Shown one piece after another: positions 63,393 through 64,000 of a stretch of DNA of 64,000 bases. Below the pieces are notes generated by a model. The model did no database searches. It was given only the letters and a program-made list of their open reading frames with translations, and was not told where the DNA came from. Origin of the DNA: Tetramitus jugosus. Taxonomy: Eukaryota > Protista > Heterolobosea. Made by a program: the position numbers and the translations under genes. Where the stretch lies: positions 496,001-560,000 of the forward strand of contig OW569350.1 in the NCBI GenBank assembly GCA_937625935.1, given 5' to 3'. The first letter of the stretch is position 1, and each line of letters opens with the position of its first letter.

Positions 63393-64000
63393 CTATCCTC
63401 TGTTCACTGATGGACGAGCAAAATTGTAGAAGATCGGTATCAAAATAAGGAATACAACGAAAACGACAACCAGAACCATGATCAACCAGTATGGAATACC
63501 GGTTTCAACCTTTTGTCTCTCCATGGCTGACAAGAAGGACAAAATACCTTGGAAGTCCTCATTGGTTGCAACAATTGTTTTCAGGGTATCAATATTGGTT
63601 GGGTCTCCATTTTCCTTGGCATTATGGAACAGACTGTTCAGAGCAGCAAGTGTTGAAGGTAATAAATATCTGTGATGCAAGAAGCCATCTGTTTCGTCTT
63701 CAGTCTTTTGTCCCTTTTTCTTTGCTTTGTTACGGTTTGTTAAATGAGTGACCATAGTTTCAATCACGTTTGCTTCCAATAACTTGCTAAAGATTGGACC
63801 TGCATTCTTATAAGGCTTGATTAATAATGAGAAATACTTCAATAGGACCATCGCACTGTACCGGAGCTCCCATGCATTTGTGTCTCCCTTCTGACCATTG
63901 ATATCAGCAACCAATGTATCGACGAGTGAGTAGTCCTTCTTCTGATCATCATGCTCTTCCATTGCAATCACTCTCTGAGCCAAGTCCTTGCATTTAATGA
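63393..64000 (-). CDS. 3' part of a helical-repeat-like protein with a C-terminal TM anchor (5' end outside the window)
   Basis: The frame stays open to the window edge and ends in IPYWLIMVLVVVFVVFLILIPIFY-NFARPSVNRG*. Confidence 0.75.
   Translation of the reverse strand, partial: IKCKDLAQRVIAMEEHDDQKKDYSLVDTLVADINGQKGDTNAWELRYSAMVLLKYFSLLIKPYKNAGPIFSKLLEANVIETMVTHLTNRNKAKKKGQKTEDETDGFLHHRYLLPSTLAALNSLFHNAKENGDPTNIDTLKTIVATNEDFQGILSFLSAMERQKVETGIPYWLIMVLVVVFVVFLILIPIFYNFARPSVNRG

Noticed and set aside
1-64000. Alternative genetic code (TAG or TAA reassigned), prompted by the in-frame TAG in the HECT gene
   Set aside because: TAG, TAA and TGA each terminate conserved genes at their expected C-termini (Tem1 TAG, eL42 TAA, HslU TGA).

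Overview
Gene-dense, intron-poor eukaryotic nuclear DNA using the standard code, with short GT-AG introns (often GTATGT donors), AATAAA signals and many N/Q/S/T/D/H homopolymer-coding microsatellites. It is probably from a free-living protist; a heterolobosean (Naegleria-like) origin is my inference, not proven. About 28 protein genes are present: a cysteine desulfurase-TtcA fusion, a 2OG-Fe(II) dioxygenase, a UBR-box E3, eL42 (missed by the ORF track), IRE1, Tem1/Spg1, AMP deaminase, CCDC93, a SAP-CaaX protein, a TBC1D31-like WD40 protein, a SPRY protein, Twinkle, HslU, an F-box protein, a PARP6/8-like ART, an ankyrin protein, a NAA50-like GNAT, an EF-hand/PH phospholipase D, a UBE3C-like HECT ligase, ATE1, a ZnT/CDF transporter and several orphans. 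There are two tRNA genes (Ala-TGC, Asp-GTC). The top finding is a 1276-bp poly(A)-tailed insertion (47723-48998) flanked by a perfect 14-bp target-site duplication. It begins 44 bp upstream of tRNA-Ala with its 5' end facing the tRNA and encodes only a frameshifted two-RRM/coiled-coil ORF1-like protein with no reverse transcriptase. It looks like a tRNA-gene-targeted, ORF1-only non-LTR retroelement with Dictyostelium TRE5-like geometry. Other notable points are an ArgRS-N-terminal-like domain inserted in ATE1, the desulfurase-TtcA fusion, a SAP + CaaX protein, and an in-frame TAG inside the UBE3C-like gene. All family calls come from motif recognition by eye; no searches were run.
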